Shown here piece after piece: positions 12,420 to 25,180 of a DNA stretch of 64,000 nucleotides; positions within the stretch are counted from its first letter, which is position 1; the number at the start of each line of letters is the position of its first letter. The translations under genes were made by a program, and so were the position numbers. The notes under the pieces are model-generated. The model saw nothing but the letters and a program-made list of their open reading frames with translations. It did no database searches and was not told the DNA's origin. The stretch spans positions 881,590 through 945,589 of the forward strand of contig MU053911.1 in the NCBI GenBank assembly GCA_013239625.1, written 5' to 3'. This DNA is from Lama guanicoe. Its lineage: Eukaryota.

Positions 12420-13107
12420 GGAGGCATCACCTCTCCCACAACCCTCGTCTGGAGCCATGGGCGTTTAACCAGATGCCAGATCCAAACTGTGCATCAGGAA
12501 AACGTGGCCCTGCCTGGCTCCTCACTGGGGTGAGAGTGGCTTTCCCAGACGGGGCTCCTACACCGTCACGAAGAAAGGTCAGCGTGGCCCCCTGTGAGCC
12601 TGGTATCTGATGACTATGGCGCCCCTTCAAGCAGCAGGAGAGTCTCTGCCCTCCAGGCACTTGCCGGAGACACAGGCTGGAAACCTCAGTGAGCTGAAGG
12701 CCCCCGGAAGTAAAGGGTGTTTCCATAAAAATTCCCTTCCACAGAGATCAATGCCATTTATTCCCTTTGGAATTTGGTACCAAGAAGCCTGTCTCACCGG
12801 CTACTTCTATCAGGCAAGTAGAAGTAGAGAGCACGTCCGTGTCTTGGCATAGTTGTCATTAGGCGTATATGTAGTATTAAACTGTGAAGACTCAGCCTAC
12901 GATTTGAATTTCACTCCCCCTCTCACTCTGTGGTGTTTCGTTTTCATTCAGGTATTCCTAGTGTGTAAATATCCATGTTCGCCATCATCCATGTAAGTCG
13001 TTTCGAGAAGTAGATGAAAAATAAATTATGAATAAATGTATCTTACAAGTCCAAACCTTTCCCGTACATGGTGTAGCAAGGCGTGAAAATACAAGAATAA
13101 TGTACAC

Positions 13108-13474
13108 GCTAAGTGTAGTAAGTCAGAGAAAGACAAATATCATAGAATATCACTTATATGTGGAATCAAAAAAATGATACAAATGAATGTACTTACAAAG
13201 CAGACTCACACACATAGAACACAAACTTATAGTTACCAAAGGGGAAGGGGTGGGGATAAATCAGGAGTTTGGGGTTAACAGGTACACACTATGTGTATGA
13301 AACAGATAAACAGCAAGATCCTACTGCAGAGCACAGGGAGCTATATTCAACATCTACACCGATAATGAAGAGGAATATATATACGTATAACTGAATCACC
13401 ATGCTGCACACCAGAAACTAACTCAACATTGCAAATCAACTATACTTCAATGAAAAATAAAAATAAATTTTAAA
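13108..13474 (+). mobile_element. 5'-truncated L1 3' end with canonical terminus
   Basis: gagaaagacaaatatcatagaatatcacttatatgtggaatc…caactatacttcaatgaaaaataaaaa; TSD aagaataatgt at 13093 and 13475. Confidence 0.92.
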
Positions 13475-13589
13475 AAGAATAATGTGTACATTATTTGGGT
13501 CAAAAATGTTCTCAGTATCTCCTGAAAGCAAACCCTGAGCCCTAACTTGATGAATTTCTGCTTACTACTCAAGAACTGTCTCTGAAGCT

Positions 13590-13810
13590 GTCATCTCCAG
13601 GAAGCTCTTCAACTCCCCGGAGCTCTGCCTGTGGCTGGGCCCCCCACCCCCAGCCAGTAGAGTCTGCGTGACTGTGACCGGGACCCTTCCCTGCTGTGAC
13701 CGGTGGGCTTCCTGAGACCAGACACTGCGTCTCGTCTCTGCAGCCCAGGACCTGGCGTAGGGCCTGGCATACAATGATGACATAAAAATATTTATAGAAT
13801 AAACACGAAA
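13590..13810 (+). mobile_element. L2 3' remnant
   Basis: …cccaggacctggcgtagggcctggcatacaat…aaatatttatagaataaa resembles the L2 terminus. Confidence 0.6.
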
Positions 13811-14379
13811 ACACAGCACTTCTCCTAACAGTAAGAAGCAACTTAGTGAAGATGCTAGAGACCAAAAATCTGGGTTTAAAATTTAAATTATCAAACCACA
13901 CACTGAAATGAATGAGCTCTTTGTGGGGCTCAAACGTCGGTCTCAACGTTGCTCATCTGAAGGAGCGCTGGCTCGACTACCGAGCAGGACGCTCAGAACA
14001 CGTATAAATGGACGCTCTCGCCGCGCGTGTCTGCGTTCGGAAAAGACGTCAGGTGAGCGCGCCCCAAGTAGGAAAAAAATGCATGTTTAAACATGAGTGT
14101 CCTTTTAATTTAGAAAATATGGTGAAAAATTAAGCCTTCTGAAGAAACCAAATGAAAATGTTCACGGTGGGTTCTTCCAGACAGAGGGAACCTCACCTCG
14201 CTGAGAGCTGTACAGTGTATAGTCTTGGCCAAATGTACTGTAAACACCAATGCAGAATTACCCAAGCGATCTCAATGTTAAGCAGAAAATCAGAATTTTG
14301 GATCGTTAAGAAAACACACGCAGGAGAAGAGCCAGTGGCTGTGGGAGAGGAGCGAGGTGTCAGCGAAACGAGGTGCGGA

Positions 14380-15000
14380 GAGTCCACTCATCCTCCCAGG
14401 CTTTTGACATTAGCCGTTCACAGCAGCCAAGACGTGGAAGCAGCCTGAACGGACAAAGAATACAGTCTGCACACACGATGAAAGAAGGCCACCTCGCCAC
14501 TTGCAACAACACAGATGGACACACAGGACACTGCGTTACGTGAAATAAGCCGATCACAGAAGGACGAACGCTACAGGACGCCTCCTCTACGGAACCTGAA
14601 ACAGTCCAGCTCACAGACGCAGAGAGTGGTGGCGGTGACCAGGGGCCAGGGGGAGGGGAGGTGGGCATTAACCCAGGGGGCAGAGTTCCAGCTTTACAAG
14701 GTGTCTCAGCCCCACCCGCCCGGCAGCACAGAGCCTGCAGTGACAACGCCGAGTCGTCTGCTGAACCACCTGCTAAGAAGGAAGCCCGTGCGAGCTGTTC
14801 TTATCATGGGAGACAGTGAACGAAGGCGGTGGGGCGGTAGGAAGCTTCGGAGGCCATGTGCATCCAGGCAAGTCACCTGCGCGGGTGGACACCTGTGCGA
14901 ACACGCCCAGCACCTGATCCACGTGGCTGCGTCTCCCGCACCCGTGAGGAGAGGACCGCTACGTGGCAGTTTTAGCTGTCCTGAGTTTGCGTCAAAGAAG
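14380..15000 (+). mobile_element. Old L1MA/MB-like 3' region, unusually CpG-rich
   Basis: gttcacagcagccaagacgtggaagcagcc…cacttgcaacaacacagatggac…gtgaaataagccgatcacagaaggacgaacgc. Confidence 0.7.
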
Positions 15001-15061
15001 ACCTAGAAGCCGAAAAGGAGACATTCATGACACAGGAATTTGTCCTCCAGAATTTGAATTC

Positions 15062-15230
15062 TTTTTTTTTTTTAATTTTTAAAAAAATACACATTTTTTT
15101 ATATTTTTGTTTAACTAGCTTATTGGGAGGTAACTGAGTTTGTTGACTCTTATTTTTGATGGAGGTGCTGGAGACTGAACCCAGGCCCCACGCGTGCTGG
15201 GCGTGCGCTGTGCCCCTGAGCTGTACCCTC
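15062..15230 (-). mobile_element. tRNA-derived SINE (Vic-1-like)
   Basis: Poly(T), then atggaggtgctggagactgaacccagg…ctgagctgtaccctc (antisense SINE body). Confidence 0.85.
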
Positions 15231-18200
15231 TGAACTCTGGTCCCTGAGATTAAACAGTAGAAACACAGCTCTGGCCCTGAAAACGCTGCCTCTTCTCTTT
15301 TCTCTCTGGCTATCCCTGCTTGCCTCCTTTGGCTTCTTCAGACACCGCCACCACCACATACACTTCTATGTTACAAAAAAGTAAATTATCTACCTTATTC
15401 CATTGATTGTCCCATCAAATGGCTGGGGGCTGCCTTCAGTCGCCCAGGGAGAGACCACGAGCAGCCGCAGAGGAAGTGCCTGCAAGCCTGGAGGAAAGCA
15501 GGTGTGGGTCGTGCTGTGTGTGCGCCCACGTGTGCCTGTGCTGGGCGGGGCATAATCAGAAGGCAGAGAGAAGAGGGGGCGTCTAGAGGCAGACACTGCC
15601 TACAAACCTGCAGAATTACCGACTAGGACGCAGCAGCCCCTTCAGCAGCCCAGCCATCGCCGCCCACCACCGAGACGGAGTGCAGTGCACTTCGGGCTGG
15701 AGGGCCGCCTTTGTATCTCCAGCAGGCGGGAGACAGAAAGTCAGCAAGCTAAGGGAAACAGATCTCCAGCTCCACTTCCTTAACCAAATCCAAAATGCAC
15801 TGCTTATAGCGTTGGCAGTGTGCGATGGCAATTAACATCACTCCCAGGGTCTAATTAACCTCAATCAACAAGTCTAAGTAGGTTAATTAAGTAGGATTTG
15901 GCTAAGCAGAACACAGAAAAACACAGCTGTCTCGTTTAAATATGATTTACCGAGGGGAGCTGCCATTTACCCGAGTTTTTCAATTTCTCTTTTGGGCAGC
16001 AAAGCCTTTTGGAGGGTCGGGCAGGGCAGACGGGTCGTTCGGAGCACCTCCCCGGTCTGCTCTCACCGGGCCTCCTTGGTCCGCGCCAGCCGCACAAGAT
16101 CCAAGCAGTGCCTCCAGGTCGCCTGCATTGATCTTAGTCTAATCTGGGACCTGGGCTCGTTGGTGTGTTGTTTGCTTTGCCTCTGCTCTGCCCACCCCCA
16201 CTCCCGAACATCACAAACTCCCTCGGGGCACGGGGCCTGTTTGATTCATCCTGGTCCCCTTCGAGGCATCAAGCAAAGAGCTTTGTGAGTAGTAAGTGCC
16301 CAATTAATCATGCTTTTAATTGGATTTCCATCCAAACGCACTTTTTGCTCACCACGCCCCCAATCATAATTTGGATTCCTGGGCTTTAGGATGAAAGAGT
16401 CCAGATTCTGTGTGGGAGGCTGGCATCCCAAGCTGCAGAGCGACCTCTCTGGTCCCATCCTCAGTGCCTCGTTTGTTCGCCCATGGCTGTTCTGCGCGTC
16501 ATTCACTGTGGGATCGAGGAGGCCAATTCAGTCAGTGGTGGCGTCAAAGGTTCTGAAAGTTCGACCTTCAGAGTCTTTCCCCCGGATCCGCGCTCGGAGC
16601 GCCGAGAGCCGGGCCCACTGCTCCGGCTCCACGCGGTCAGACAGGCCGGTCCTTATTCTGCCCTGGTTCTGTCACCGTCGGCCGTCTGCTGCCTGGCGGG
16701 TCTGGACGAACACAGGACTTTTCCTTCTTCTTAGAAGCGCGTCACGTTGCATAGGCAGAGCTGCCTTCTCAATCGCAGATCCAAACAAGACCCACCTGGT
16801 CGCTGACGCCGAAAGTAAACGTCTGTCCTTCCTGGGCCTGAGCTCTGAGACCACAGCCTCGAGACCGGAAGGACCTCGGGGATCAGCCAGCCCAGCCTCC
16901 CCGTGGAAGCACCGGCTGGCCAGGCCACGCCCTGGGGACCTGCCCGCAGCCCAGAGCTGCCCTGGCTGGTGGGGAGCTGCAGCCACTCCATCAGGAATCA
17001 GAGGGAGCACTGGGTCCCCAGGCTGCCACGGCCCCACTGGAGACAAGTGACTGCAAACCCAGCTAGACTGTTAGGTCCTCACCCGGGTTGTGGCGCTGTC
17101 CGCACCCCGGGGAGCAGGAGGACAGCCCGCGTCCGGGCCCCCACACAGGGCAGTCGTCACCACATCCAGTCTTTGTTATTCCTGAACTGCCGTCAGCCAC
17201 CACGTGTCAGTGTCTGGCGCACAGCACCATGCCCCAGTCACGTGTGTGCAGACATAGGTTCCTTTTCATGTTCTTTTTCATTAAAGTTGTAACAAGATAC
17301 TGAATATGGTATACTGCATTTACTCTTAATGAGAACTCAAGAATACCATTTGAATGCTATTTTTCAGTTTGAAAATCAAGGCTCAATGTATTTTTTTCAA
17401 ACCCAGGTCTCCAAGTCTCCAGGTGCGAAGGCAGCCCTCCCTTCCTCTCACCCACCCCTCCCCCTCACTGCCTCACTCCCTTTCCTGTCTCTCTGTCCCT
17501 CACCCTACCCTCCAAATAAAGAGTTGTTTGAAAAAAAATAGCAAAGACCTTCAAGGAAGCCGTCCCTGCACGGACGCAGATGGAGTCAAAGGAACACCAG
17601 CACGGTCCGCGGGCTCCGGCACCTCGCTCTGCAGCGGGACATTTAGCCCGAATCCCACAGGCAACGTTGGCTGAGGCCTTCCAGGCTTCCTGTGGAGAAA
17701 AGCACCTGGGGAAGGGGCCTTCCCACCCTTGCTGACAGATGTCTTAAGAGCTTCCTGCTTCGTTAGGGACCTGCCTTGGCTCATCCCTTTCCAGCCCCCA
17801 GGCCCCCGAAGCTGCCCGACGCTGAAGCTTGCGGATGTCACATGTCACAAGTACTGTGGCTCCCAGTCCCAGGGCCTGATTGAGAGAAAGACTTTGGGGG
17901 TGTCAGGGGTGTTGACAGGCCTGCAAATCCCTCGACGCTTTCAAAAGTGCCCCCGTTCTCTCCTTGTGGTTGTATTCCTGCATCCTGCTCTCCCAGGGCC
18001 AGTGCTCTCCAGTGAAGCAGCTTCACTCTAAACGCCGCTGCGGCCTGGGACGGCGGCCATCCCCCAGGACGCAGGCAGCTGCGCTGCACCAGGGCTCACG
18101 GCCTGTCTGCCTCCAGCCAGTCACACCCACTCGCCGGCGGACGCCCACCATCCGTGTGTTGGCAGAGCTTCCTACCAGGCCACATGGCCTCACCCTGTCT

Positions 18201-21200
18201 CTGTGTGTGAGCCGCGTGCCTTCGGCTAAGGCTGGCGGTGTTTGGTCCAGCATCGTGTGGAGAGACGGCTCATCCACGGGCAGAGCTCTGAGCTCTAGTT
18301 CTGAATTGCTCACTAAGTAGCTGTCTGATCTCAGGCACCTTGGTCCCCTCACCGGTAACTGAGAAAGTACAAAGTCCTAAGGTCACGTTCAGCCTCATAA
18401 ATTCACTAATTTGGGGAGCATTCCACACTCTTAGCTAAAACTGCGATCAAACGATTTACTTGGCGCATTTCAGCGCTTGTAAGTGTAACCAGGTTCGTAA
18501 GGCGGCCAGTCCCGCCAGCCAGGACCAACAGCCCCTTCCACCTTCTCACTCAAAGCTAGAGACATTCCGCGTCTGCACAGGGCAATTCTACACGAGTAAT
18601 TTCCACGGGGTTTCTTTTCTTTCTTTCCCTTTCACACATGGAAAAGCCTCGTGGTGGGAAACACTGGTAACGTGGTCCTGAGACCAATGCCAGTAGCAAC
18701 ATTCTGATCCTGACTGTGACCTCAGGTCACCTGCAAGCCACTCAGGTGCTCACCGGAGAAGCGGCACCCGTCTCACGCGGGGACGGAAATTCCATGAGGA
18801 AAACAGGCTCATATTAGCTTCGGCCGCTCTCCCGTTGGTGAGATTATATAATGTGTTTAATCTAGTGTGTTCATTGGGGGAAGGGGCATTTGACAAGTCG
18901 GCTTGTGCAGCATGTAATCAGAGAGGTTGGTTTGGGTAAGAGAGGGGACAGGGACCTTCTAAGTGTTAAACCAACGGAGTAAATCATAACGTTTTCTTCC
19001 AAAGAGCTGTCAATTAACAGGCTTAATCCACACCAAAGTATTTGGCTTCTGTCTAAAAGAGTGACCTGATTTTTTAAAACCTGTTCCACCTGCCTTAAAC
19101 ACCTTCCAACCACATTTTCCCGGGGGAAGGGAGGTCCTGGGGGGTCACAACCTTGGCTTGCTTGGAGCCTTCTTCTGCCAGAACCATTGCCTTTGACACC
19201 CTGACACATGTCCATAATTGCTGCAGGGGGAAATCCTGACATGGCACCCAAAGAGACCCAGGGACGTGCAGAGGGACAGCAGGGGAGCAAAGACGTTGTC
19301 ACCAGTCCCAGAAACAGAGCTGTGGGAGTGGAGGAGTTTCACCAGCTCCTGGCTTTTTAAGGGCACACATGCCCTGACTTAGAGGGGCTGACGTGACCGT
19401 GATTAGATAGCTCCTTCCCCTGCTCTGCGACTCAGGCCACAGTAACATCGGAGGACTACTGAAATGGAGAGGGGAGGGTGGCTGCCCCGCCATCCACAGT
19501 CCCAGCAGCAGGGGGACCACCAGAGGGATGCTGAGCGGAGAGGATGGGGACAGGGTGGGAGCCGTCCCTGCTGATGCCATGTCAGGGGATTCGGGACAAG
19601 TGACTCGAGCCTTTGGTGAGGTGGCCTGAGGAAATGGCTGGGGATGCTCCCCACTGAAGCCCACGGGACAGTCACCCACATCATCCGATGCTTCATGAGG
19701 TCTCAGTCTGAAGGAAACAGACACAGAACTCAAACTTTTAAAACTAATCAAGCGGAGTATACTGGGGGAACAAGAGATGTGGCGTCAAGGCAGGCCTGGG
19801 CGCACATCTTCTCCCCAGCCTTCCGCAAACACACACAGACCCTCAGCCCTGGGCCTCAGGGTCCTCTCCTGTACAGCGGCGGTCAGGATTCCTACCCTTG
19901 AGTCCGAGGGGCACTGGGACAGCGGGCGCGAGGTGGCACTGCTGTCTCGGGCAGGGACCAGAAAGGCCTGGGGAACAGTGGACTTGCCCGAGAAGCCAGC
20001 CTGTCAGATGGGAAGGGCGGCCCTGAGCCTGGGGGACACGGAGCTATCCAGCCTTACCCTTCCCACGGCCCCCTTTGACACGCCGTCTGCCCCCACCCCG
20101 CACAACCGCAGCCCACCCGCTTCCTCCTGAGTCTCGGGAGTTACATAAGCTGCGTGTCCTCCCCTGAAATGTTGGGGGCGGGCAGAGCTCACACCCGGGC
20201 AGAGGGGCCGCGCTGGCATCGGCAGGGCCCTGCCGTCTTCTATCGGGTCCGGCTGCTGGGGAGGCGTCCTTCTGTTGCGTCGCATCTTGCTCTCCCAGGT
20301 CTCTCCCGCCACCGTGCTGTGGGGCTCACCTGATGGACATCAGAGATGCTGCAACCCCTCACCAGCCAGACAGATCTCCTGAAACCTGCCAGCCCGGCGG
20401 CCTTAACCACAGCGCCTGAGGCTGGAAACCAGGCCTGAGAGCCCCGTGTGGTCCCTCCCCCAGGACAGGCCTCTGTTCAGGCTCCCATGGCCTAGGAGGA
20501 GTGGCCATTCAGCCAGTGGACGTCTGCCCCGACTGGGCCCTTTGCCTGCCCAGCACAGAGTCTCCCCAAGTGCCAGCCCTGCCGGGCGCCCTCCCTGGTC
20601 CGAGGGCGCCACACCAGGCTGGATGCCCTGGCCACTGGCTCCTTCATGCTGCCTCCTTCCGAGGAGGCTGGGCTGGTGGAGAACAGGCAGGAGCAGAGCA
20701 GGGCTGGCCCAGTGCCTGCTCTCACAGTGCCCACCGCCCGCCTGGCCCCCCACCACACAACTGCTGATGAGCGGAGGCAACTTGCCACCTTTAGAGGTTC
20801 TCTTAACTTTCCCTGCACTCCCACCCCCAGACTAGGGGTCTCCCCACCATGCTTGTAGCCCGTCCTGATCACTCCCAAGCACGCCCTCCCACACGCCCGT
20901 CTGCTGCCTGGGGAGCCTCCTCTCGTCCCGGCCACCTCGCCCTCCCAGGTTCTCGGTTCACTGCAGAGGCAGAATCAGAATCATGTCTTGCTCTGAAACT
21001 TTGCACCTGGCTTAGCTCCTGAAATAAAATCTAAATTCATTACACATCGACTATGTTGTTAACCTTTTAAGCATTTAAAGCATTTCATTCTCACCTTGAT
21101 CATCCAAGAATCACCCTCGCCATCTGGCAGCTTGGGGAGACCCAGGCCAGTTCGGCAGTCAGTGCCGGAGCGGCCCAGGAGCCTGCAACGGTCTGCCTGG

Positions 21201-24200
21201 GGTTTCCACTGGCATCTCTGCCCACACACAGAGCCCTCCAAAATGGCTGGTAACTGTAGCGGGACCTGCAGAGAAAGGAACTGCTCAGATACGGTTACAT
21301 AACGACGTTTTCATACTGTCAAATGGAAGACTTTTCTTGAGACAACTCAGTGCATAGCTCCATCACTCACAGAGGAATGGAAAATGTGGGGACAGCTGTC
21401 AGTGGAAGCAGGAAAAAGCTTCCCTACCATCCATGCTCGACCACTGAAAAGAGGTGTGTGGGAACCTCCACCCCAGGAGAGGCTGCCAGGAGGGAAGAGG
21501 TGGGCCCGTCACCCAGCCAGCCTTGCCGTCCACGGGGCCAAGCGTCGTTCCGGGAAGCAGCTGCCTTTGCGAGCTGCCGTTCCTCACCCATCGCGGGTAC
21601 CTGCAGCCCAAGGTCACAGGACTCACACCTGGAGACGGTGGGGCTTCTTGAGTAAGCGGGATTTGGGAGCTGAAGTGTCAACCACAGGCAAGGCCACGAT
21701 GCCGGCCGGGTCGGGCAACCTCGAGCTACAGCGCTTGGGACTCGTTGTAAGTGTCACTCTTCTCTTCCCCTGGGAGCCCTGCTCTCCCCACCGCCCCCTT
21801 TCCTCGTTCTTCCCTGGGATCGAGTCCTTCCCCACACGCAGTTCTTGCTGTTTACATCCTTACCGTCTGCAGAACTTGCACAGCATCTGCCTTTTAAACA
21901 CCTCTGTCCCTGTGCTGAGCAGGACACCTCTGAGCTCCGAGCGGCGCTCTCTGCAGCTGGGACGCCTCCTCCCGTGAGCACACCCACCGCGATGCGCCCG
22001 TCACCTCAGAGCCGGTGCCAGGTGCCCACGGCGTCTCGCCTCAGCCGCACGCCCGCCCCTCACAGCCCTCGCCATGCTCAGGAACGTCGGACACATGCAC
22101 TCTTCCTCTCTCTGGCAATCATTTCCTTTTAGAGGCAATGCTCCCTCATTTCATCTTCACCTTTGTGAGCAGAAGCTCCCCAGAGCTCTCCTGCGGAATC
22201 GGTAATCAAATTCATGAGAGAACATACAGAGACCGTCAGAGCTTTTATCCTGAGCTGAGATCGTGATTAAGCCCTGTCGCAGACGTGAGTGGCTGCGGAC
22301 GGGTCTGGAAACACCTGTGCTCCCATTCTGACGTGAGTTTCTCTAACAATGAACGGCTAGGATTTTAAAGTAGCCAAAAGGAGGGGTGTGCCTGCTACCT
22401 CAGGCAGGTGCCCCCCCCGGGGCGAAGGCCACGCTCCCCACCGGTGTCCTTGTGGGTTTCCAACACCAGCGCTGGAGTCACGGGTGGACCCTACCTGAGA
22501 GGAACCTTCCAGAAGCATCCACTGGAGTCGGCTAGGACAAGTCTCACCATCACCTGCCCATTCACAGGATGGTCAGGAAAAGCCACTGCAGGAGTTTCTC
22601 CGTCCCTGCCACGGGGCGCTGTGGCCACAAGTGACCACAAGACTCAGCAACGAGCCAAACAGAAACGCAGACCCCGAAGCTGGCAGCTGCCGGGCTGAGC
22701 GATGACACATCACTGTTCCACTGTCCCTGGGATGGCTCAGAGTTTGTAACATCTTTATGCTGGCAAGTCTCAGTGAGGAAAAGTTTAATTATTTATAGCC
22801 GCTGCTCGATTCAAGTTTTGTAAGACCGGAGCCCATGTGGAAGGATTCTACAGCTCATGAAGCAAATAAGATAAAATTAGGCTGAACACAACACAAAGGG
22901 GTTATTGCGGCACCGACGGGGGTGCTGTCCTATTTAACTGAAATCCACCGTCAGTCACGACATGGAACAGAACAAGCACCTGGAGACACAGGGAGAAGGA
23001 TGCTCAGGGACTCACAGCAAAGCACGCACAGGATTTCAGCTCCAGCCACACTGGCAGGACCCTCCCGGGTCGCAGCTGCTGCCTGATAGGACGAGGCCGA
23101 TACCTTCCACTAGTCGGCCGCACATCCCGGTGTCCAAAGAAACGGCGTCTGGTTTTCTGTTCATTTATTCATGTGCCGCAGAGCTTGGCCACGCAGATCT
23201 GTGGTGGTGTTGCCAGGGGCGGCTGAACGCTCTTGACTAAGCACATGCCATGTTCAACTATTTCTAAAAACAAAGGTTTCAAAAGGGTGAGCATCATTTG
23301 GTTTGAAAGTTCTGCTTTGAAAACGGGAGGGACGGTGACACCCTGCCCACCCAGCATGGCGTGTCCCGGGTTCCAGGGGGGTCGACACAGAGCTTTAAAC
23401 GCCCTTCAGTTTCTGTCGTGGCCTTGTGGTTGTTTACTGTTTACTTTTTAAATGTTTACATTCACTGGCTCTTCCAGCCCCAGACGTTGGAAAAAGGTAA
23501 ACACCCTGTTAGAGGACTCATTCCTTTTTTCCTTCCTTCCACGAATATTCACGGAACACTGTCCATGTGGAGACACGGCCAGACACTGACAATTCAGGGT
23601 CAGGACTGGCCCCACCCTCAAAAGAGGGTGAGACACAGAAACAAGGACGCAAAGACGTCCCGTGCACTTGACACCAAGGGACCCGTGTTCCCCGGATGCG
23701 CCGGGAAAACACGGCTTCTTTGCTTCTCTGTAACTCAGGCGTCACAACCTGGGTAGGAGGGAAAATGACCCAGATGATGAAAAACAGCACAATCTCCTAG
23801 AGGTCAAATGTTGTCTTTGACGTAAGTAATCAACCCAAGATTCAGCTCCCTTTTGCCATTGGTTTTGATCATCTCTGTTCGCTGACTCCATCCCTTTGGG
23901 TAAATGCTGAGTCTTTAAACTCTCCAAGGTGGGGGCTGGGTGGGGGAGCAAGGGGTCCTCTTGGCAGAAGATAGAGTCTTAAGCCACACGTGCCGGCTGC
24001 TCATCACACAGCCTCCGCTCATCGAGCTCATCCCCTGGCCCGTCTGCCCTTGCAGGGGGCCCCCTGCCCCTGCCCCAGCCCCAGCAGTCCTGGCCCGCTG
24101 CCGTCTGACAGCAGAGGGAAGACAAGCTGTCCTGAGCCAGATGCAGGGAGGCAGCAGACGCAGTTACGAGGTGTGCGCATTGGCTCCCGGTCACCTCTGC

Positions 24201-24396
24201 TCTCTGGTTAGGCAGGGAGCAAGACTATCCCTGAGGGAAGAAGGCACGAGAGGGAGGAGGAACAGGAGCCCTGGGCCAGGGCCAGGAGGCCCGAGCGCAC
24301 CCAGAGCCGGGCCTGACCGCCACGGCCCCGCAGGCCCAGGGAGGCGCGCGGTCGAGAACGACAGTCGGGTTGGTCAGCCCAGGGCGTGTGTTTTCT

Positions 24397-24820
24397 TTGT
24401 CTTTTCTTTTCTTGCTTGCTTTATTTATTTTAACACCTTCATTGTGGTCTGGTTCCTGTACAGTAAACCGCACATATTTCAGACGCACACTTTGATGAAC
24501 TGTGATAGATGTCTACACCCGTGAAACCACCACCACCACAAGACACCTGACATGTCCATCGCTCCCCAGGAGGTGCAGATTTTGAATTCCCAATTTATCC
24601 CTTCCCACCCTCTTCCCCCCTGGTAACCAAAAGTTTGTTCTCTGTCTGTGAGTCTGTCTGTTTTGTAGATAAGTTCATCTGTGTCCTTTTTTTCAGATTC
24701 CACATACAAGCAATCTCATATGGTTTTATCTTTCTCTTTCTGGCTTACTCCACTTAGAATGACGATCTCCTGGTCCATCCATGTTGCTACAAATGGCATC
24801 ATTTTATCCTTTTTTTATAG
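24397..24820 (-). mobile_element. 5'-truncated L1 with the same swapped 3' end as the 6088-6650 copy
   Basis: T-rich tail, caccttcattgtggtctggttcctgtacagtaaac shared exactly with the 6.1-kb copy, L1 3' UTR/ORF2 end; degenerate TSD gggcgtgtgttttct / gggtgtgtgtctttct. Confidence 0.88.
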
Positions 24821-25180
24821 CTGGGGGTGTGTGTCTTTCTCCAGCCACATTCAGCTATCGGTCCAGCACAGCGTGGATGGAGATTGGACTTACCCAGTGT
24901 TTGGGTTTTGTCTGATTGGAAGAGACGGGAAGATGAGGGAGAGTGATACAAGGAATGTTGATGATGGTGACGCTGGGCTCTAAGCCGGGAGGGTGTGAAA
25001 GTAACCGGACAAGTGAGCTGGTGGCTGAAGCACGGCTGGCGGCGGGCAGTAGAGCTGGAGGTGAGCGGAGGGTGTGGCTGCAGGAGAGAGGACTGGTGCG
25101 GGGTGTGAGGCTGGCAGCTCCTGTAGGGCGTGGTGGAGGGGATGTCTGAGCTGAAGTCTTTGGAGTGAGGTGGGAAGCCC

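Noticed and set aside
12175..12610. Repetitive ORFs (STLGISHTV, WESATQCLH, WLIPSVDTV repeats) and a superficially CRISPR-like array
   Set aside because: Products of a 27-bp tandem repeat; no unique spacers, no cas genes, mammalian context
21384..21977. 197-aa ORF, and similar ones at 23940-24524, 38509-39087 and 56264-56878
   Set aside because: GC-rich stop-poor DNA, non-ATG starts, no recognisable domain or exon chain; one runs into an L1
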